A stretch of 27,733 nucleotides of DNA from an uncultured Candidatus Saccharibacteria bacterium (GTDB lineage Bacteria > Patescibacteriota > Minisyncoccia > Phycocordibacterales > UBA12088), in the NCBI GenBank assembly GCA_964462155.1, contig CAYWWH010000003.1, forward strand, positions 1,211 to 28,943, written 5' to 3'. The notes under the pieces were generated by a model. That model did no database searches, was not told where the DNA came from, and worked only from the letters and a program-made list of their open reading frames with translations. Below, piece after piece: positions 24,669-27,733 of this stretch. How positions within the stretch are numbered: position 1 is the first letter of the stretch; the number at the start of each line of letters is the position of its first letter. The position numbers were made by a program, and so were the translations under genes.

Positions 24669-24674
24669 AATAAT
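24627..24674 (+). repeat. Left inverted repeat of the RAYT element
   Basis: AAAACGGGGACTGTCACGTTT (24627-24647) is the exact reverse complement of 25393-25413; the ungapped match continues to 48 bp (40/48 by hand count). Confidence 0.92.
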
Positions 24675-24675
24675 A

Positions 24676-25347
24676 TTATCCTTTTCTCGGTCTTCCAGGA
24701 GATCGCATTGTTGCTTCCAAATGATACTTATTAACCATCGAATCGACCCATGTCATGTTCCCATAGGGCACTCCCTTATTTACTGAACCTCGAATCAATT
24801 CTAATTCTTCTTTTTGGAGAGGGGTGTTAATAAACTTTGAATATGTGCCAGTAATTTGAAAAGGGATTGGTTCAATAATTTTTCTCTGATTTTCATCACC
24901 ATGAACCCTCCTCCATGCACTACCCCACTGCCAATCTTCACAACGGGAAGATATTTTCGCTCGAACAGGATTATACTCAATATATTTAAACACTGTCATC
25001 AAATATGAACCTGAACTTACAAGGAATGATTTATACCTTCCTTGATATAAATGTCCAGCTCCAACGGTATCGGTTATAGTATGCACCTGGCGAGTATGTG
25101 CGTTTGTAACTCTATGCATAAACAAACCCAAATCTCCGTCATTAACAGGTTGTAAAAGCAAGTGCCAATGATTAGGCATAATCACGTATGCTAGAATCCG
25201 CATGTCAGTCATCTCTTTTGCATCAACCATTAAGTTTTCGAACAAACGATACTCGGTAGGTGAATTAAAAATCTGCATTCCTCCATTTGCACGATTTATA
25301 ACATGAAAAATTTCACCACCAACATCAACACGAGCTATTCGAGGCAT
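24676..25347 (-). CDS. REP-associated tyrosine transposase (RAYT/TnpA-REP, Y1_Tnp HUH family)
   Basis: MPRIAR...G.IFHVINR, YVIMPNHWH (HUH), LYQGRYKS, YIEYNPVRA (catalytic Tyr + NP), WQWGS, and C-terminal GRPRK. Confidence 0.92.
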   Translation of the reverse strand: MPRIARVDVGGEIFHVINRANGGMQIFNSPTEYRLFENLMVDAKEMTDMRILAYVIMPNHWHLLLQPVNDGDLGLFMHRVTNAHTRQVHTITDTVGAGHLYQGRYKSFLVSSGSYLMTVFKYIEYNPVRAKISSRCEDWQWGSAWRRVHGDENQRKIIEPIPFQITGTYSKFINTPLQKEELELIRGSVNKGVPYGNMTWVDSMVNKYHLEATMRSPGRPRKG

Positions 25348-25365
25348 AATAAATTTAAAATATTA

Positions 25366-25413
25366 ATAATTATAACACAATATTTAAAAAATAAACGTGA
25401 CAGTCCCCGTTTT
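25366..25413 (-). repeat. Right inverted repeat of the RAYT element
   Basis: Minus strand AAAACGGGGACTGTCACGTTTATTTTTTAAATATTGTGTTATAATTAT; partner of 24627-24674. Confidence 0.92.
25369..25377 (-). promoter_or_regulatory. Extended -10 (TGtTATAAT) for the transposase, inside the right repeat
   Basis: Perfect TGnTATAAT, 21 nt before ATG 25347. Confidence 0.6.
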
Positions 25414-25415
25414 TT

Positions 25416-26453
25416 TTAGTCGAGGTAGGAACGACGGTTAGCTAGATGTTCTGTGTAGGTTTTTGCAATATGGAGAAGACCATCTCTTCCATGAAGGTAA
25501 AAGAGTGCGTCTGTTTCTATGGGAGAAACCGCTGCGTCAAGCGCCTCAAGAGACGGACTCCCGATGGGTCCAGGAGGAAGTCCCCCGTTTCTGTATGTAT
25601 TGTAGAGCGAATCAACTTCAAGGTCAGAAAATTTTGGATTAAAGGTTTCTGTTTTTTCAATAAAACCAAAAACAGCATCCACCTGAAGAGGCATGTCTAT
25701 ACTTAATCGCTTCCAGAGAATTCCAGCAATCGCCCGTCTCTCCTCATAGTCTCGTGCCTCCTTCTCAAGGAGAGATGCCATGGTCACTATTTCATGGACC
25801 GGCCTACCAAAGGTCGCGATTTTACCTTCAAGGGTTCGAAGTCGTTCGTAGAACGTACGCTCCATGGTGTTTAAGATAAGTGCAGTATCTGCATTCGGCA
25901 GAAAGTAGTACGTATCAGGAAAAAGGTACCCCTCTTTCTCCTCAGCAAGGAGCATAAACTCATCACTATTAAAACGCTCAAACTTATCTCTAAAAATCTC
26001 TGCCATTTGGTACGTCGTCGCACCCTCTGGAATGGTCACCTTTACAGGTTCTAACCCGAACTCCCCACGAGTTACACGAGAAGCGATCTCAGTAAGTGTA
26101 AGTGGCTCACTAAAGTAGTAGTCACCTGCAAATACTGGCGCATTGTCGAGAGCATACGTTACGTAGAGGGTAAAGAAGAAACTGTTCTCAATCACTTCCT
26201 CTTCAGCAAAGATACGAGAAACACTATCAAGAGTAGAACCTTCTGGAATCGTAATAATTGTTTTTACAGGGAAAAATGGTGACGGCTGGTACACCTTGAA
26301 CCACACCCATGCACTTCCAAAGAACAAAGAGAGAAAAAGGATTCCAAAAAGAGCAAGTACTTTTTGCTTATGGTAAAGCCAAAAATCCTTTCGCCATAGA
26401 GACACCTTTTCACATACAGAGATAACATATTCTCGTACAATTTTTATATTCAT
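25416..26453 (-). CDS. mltG: Endolytic transglycosylase
   Basis: N-terminal TM, ITIPEGST, AGDY, VTIPEG, EGYLFPDTY, ASLLEKEA (catalytic Glu), LQVDA, YNTY...GLPPGPIGSP. Start trimmed to ATG 26453, 1 nt after the upstream stop. Confidence 0.95.
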   Translation of the reverse strand: MNIKIVREYVISVCEKVSLWRKDFWLYHKQKVLALFGILFLSLFFGSAWVWFKVYQPSPFFPVKTIITIPEGSTLDSVSRIFAEEEVIENSFFFTLYVTYALDNAPVFAGDYYFSEPLTLTEIASRVTRGEFGLEPVKVTIPEGATTYQMAEIFRDKFERFNSDEFMLLAEEKEGYLFPDTYYFLPNADTALILNTMERTFYERLRTLEGKIATFGRPVHEIVTMASLLEKEARDYEERRAIAGILWKRLSIDMPLQVDAVFGFIEKTETFNPKFSDLEVDSLYNTYRNGGLPPGPIGSPSLEALDAAVSPIETDALFYLHGRDGLLHIAKTYTEHLANRRSYLD

Positions 26454-26454
26454 A

Positions 26455-27714
26455 CTACCTTGGAAGATTAGAGGGGGCTTGAGCACGAGTTGACTCAATG
26501 CGTTGCATAGTAGGAGTCTTCGCAACACTTCCAGGTATATGAAAGAGTGTCGCCAACTCCTCGCTCGTCATCATGAAATTGTAAAACTCGTACGGAGGAT
26601 GGAACCAAGAACGACGTCGATACGCATCAATTATAGTCACTTTGTCAACGGCCACTTTCTTGCCATTAAAATCTTGCCATGGATAGTTAAAACGTGGCTC
26701 CCATCTGTCTCCAATGACACTTATAGAATTGTACCCGGGACTGCCAAATGGTTGCCACATGGTAAGAAGCCCAGTGATGTTTGCATCATCAAAAGATTCT
26801 TTCTCTGCGATGTAGATAGCCCGTATACCAAAATCCCAGTGTGTACTTGAAAGTCCAATACGGTTCATGAGCTGGACTCGCTTTACCTGTCTATCGCTTA
26901 AAACTTTCCCTTCTCCACCATTAGGGAAAACAATAGTCTCTTCTGGCTTTGAACGAATGTTTGCAAGCTCTTCTTTGGCATACTCATCGTATGTCTTTCT
27001 GTTTCTGTAGAAACCCCATGTCAAATCCTCTTTCTTACTCGCGCGAGCGAGTATCTGAATCCACATATACTCACCCTTCTTGAGACATCCTAAAAATTCA
27101 AAAATGTGATTAAGAGGATCAACTTTCTGCTCTTCCTTGCTCGCTGTTTGATTCAAATTGTAATCAACATACGTACGTATAGGTACTCCTATTTTATCCG
27201 CTAACCCGAAATCACATCCGAAACAGTTGTGCGTTTCAAGTGAGAATGGGAATTTCATCGCATAGTCTTCTACGGGAATTATTTCAATGTCTGGATAGTG
27301 TGCGTAGAAACTTCGTTCAACCATTCTCTGAAAAAACTTTCTCGCCCATACGTAGAGGTGTACCTCACCTTCAAAAGAGACGAGTTCAAACGAGTACCAC
27401 ATGCGCACTTTTCCCGTCCAAAGTCGATCAATAAAGTTTGCTTCACCTCCCTTTATCCATAATCCATCAAGAACAGCTTGCATGGCTACAGGAGACTTAT
27501 ACACCTCCTGAGGAAGACGGATCTCAAGGAGAACCATTTCTTGCTTCTCTATAAAACGCGAGCGAACATAATCAAGCCACCTGTACCAAAAAAACACCGC
27601 AAGAAGTGGTGGAACCCAGTATGGTGAAAAACTGAGAAAATACCCTACGTAATGAAAGGCCTCTTCAAACTGCTCCCACAGTGAGGGTAGCTGTGCAAGT
27701 AACGACTCGTACAT
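26455..27714 (-). CDS. Conserved hypothetical membrane-anchored protein (CPR-type)
   Basis: N-terminal TM, then LEIRLP...KSP.AM, YSFELVS..GEV..Y, YPDIEI..VEDY, PIRTY, DPL, WIQIL.R, ELATLFHIP. No Walker A motif. Alternative GTG start at 27717. Confidence 0.85.
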   Translation of the reverse strand: MYESLLAQLPSLWEQFEEAFHYVGYFLSFSPYWVPPLLAVFFWYRWLDYVRSRFIEKQEMVLLEIRLPQEVYKSPVAMQAVLDGLWIKGGEANFIDRLWTGKVRMWYSFELVSFEGEVHLYVWARKFFQRMVERSFYAHYPDIEIIPVEDYAMKFPFSLETHNCFGCDFGLADKIGVPIRTYVDYNLNQTASKEEQKVDPLNHIFEFLGCLKKGEYMWIQILARASKKEDLTWGFYRNRKTYDEYAKEELANIRSKPEETIVFPNGGEGKVLSDRQVKRVQLMNRIGLSSTHWDFGIRAIYIAEKESFDDANITGLLTMWQPFGSPGYNSISVIGDRWEPRFNYPWQDFNGKKVAVDKVTIIDAYRRRSWFHPPYEFYNFMMTSEELATLFHIPGSVAKTPTMQRIESTRAQAPSNLPR

Positions 27715-27721
27715 CACCTGT

Positions 27722-27730
27722 AGTATATCA
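27722..27730 (-). promoter_or_regulatory. Extended -10 of a predicted leaderless transcript (hypothetical-mltG)
   Basis: TGaTATACT, 7 nt before ATG 27714. Confidence 0.55.
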
Positions 27731-27733
27731 GAA

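Larger units (their letters stand above)
24627..25413 (-). mobile_element. RAYT/Y1-transposase element bounded by inverted REP-like repeats
   Basis: A single HUH transposase gene between inward-facing 48-bp repeats; visibly more AT-rich than the flanking genes; no target-site duplication seen. Confidence 0.75.

Noticed and set aside
24615-25425. Target-site duplication, or classical GTAG/GGAG REP/BIME arrays, around the RAYT
   Set aside because: The outer flanks (..AACCCT and TTTTAGTC..) share no direct repeat, no GTAG-headed palindromes are adjacent, and there is only one repeat unit per side.
26736-26743. Third copy of the RAYT repeat (CGGGACTG)
   Set aside because: Only 8 nt match, inside a CDS and without the AAAAC/CGTTT arms; expected by chance.
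1-27733. CRISPR array, rRNA, or UGA recoding (code 25)
   Set aside because: No regularly spaced repeats or rRNA-like stretch; long conserved genes are uninterrupted under code 11.

Overview
A 27.7-kb core-genome window of a small-genome bacterium, most likely Patescibacteria/CPR (Parcubacteria-like). This is inferred from the compact gene packing, near-absence of Shine-Dalgarno motifs, shortened AlaRS/GluRS/L13 and several lineage-typical hypothetical proteins. Conserved genes are intact under the standard code. I support 33 CDSs, 30 of them on the minus strand; three are missing from the ORF track (an edge-truncated DUF3467-like gene, rpmJ, and a 48-aa membrane ORF). From left to right: (1) a reduced cell-wall block, mraY-ftsW-murG-gltX-M23 hydrolase-DUF3467-like; (2) a self-contained lipoprotein gene and a VanY-like peptidase; (3) a divergent ZIP transporter/Fur-family regulator pair with twin 7-1-7 operators; (4) infA-rpmJ-rpsM-rpsK-rpsD-rpoA-rplQ-rplM-rpsI, preceded by an FtsA-like protein and a membrane-anchored baseplate-J-like protein instead of secY/adk/map; (5) a minimal alaS, an M16 peptidase pair, a SurA-N protein and an MgtC protein; (6) an ATP-cone/Mrr-like nuclease with a small membrane ORF; (7) mnmA, a RAYT-type Y1 transposase, mltG and a conserved hypothetical. 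The most striking structure not shown by the ORF track is a 48-bp imperfect inverted repeat (21-bp perfect core) bracketing the RAYT gene. Its left copy supplies the mnmA start codon and N-terminus, and its right copy holds the predicted transposase promoter and abuts the mltG stop. No rRNA, tRNA or CRISPR array was seen. All family assignments come from motif recognition by eye, not database searches.
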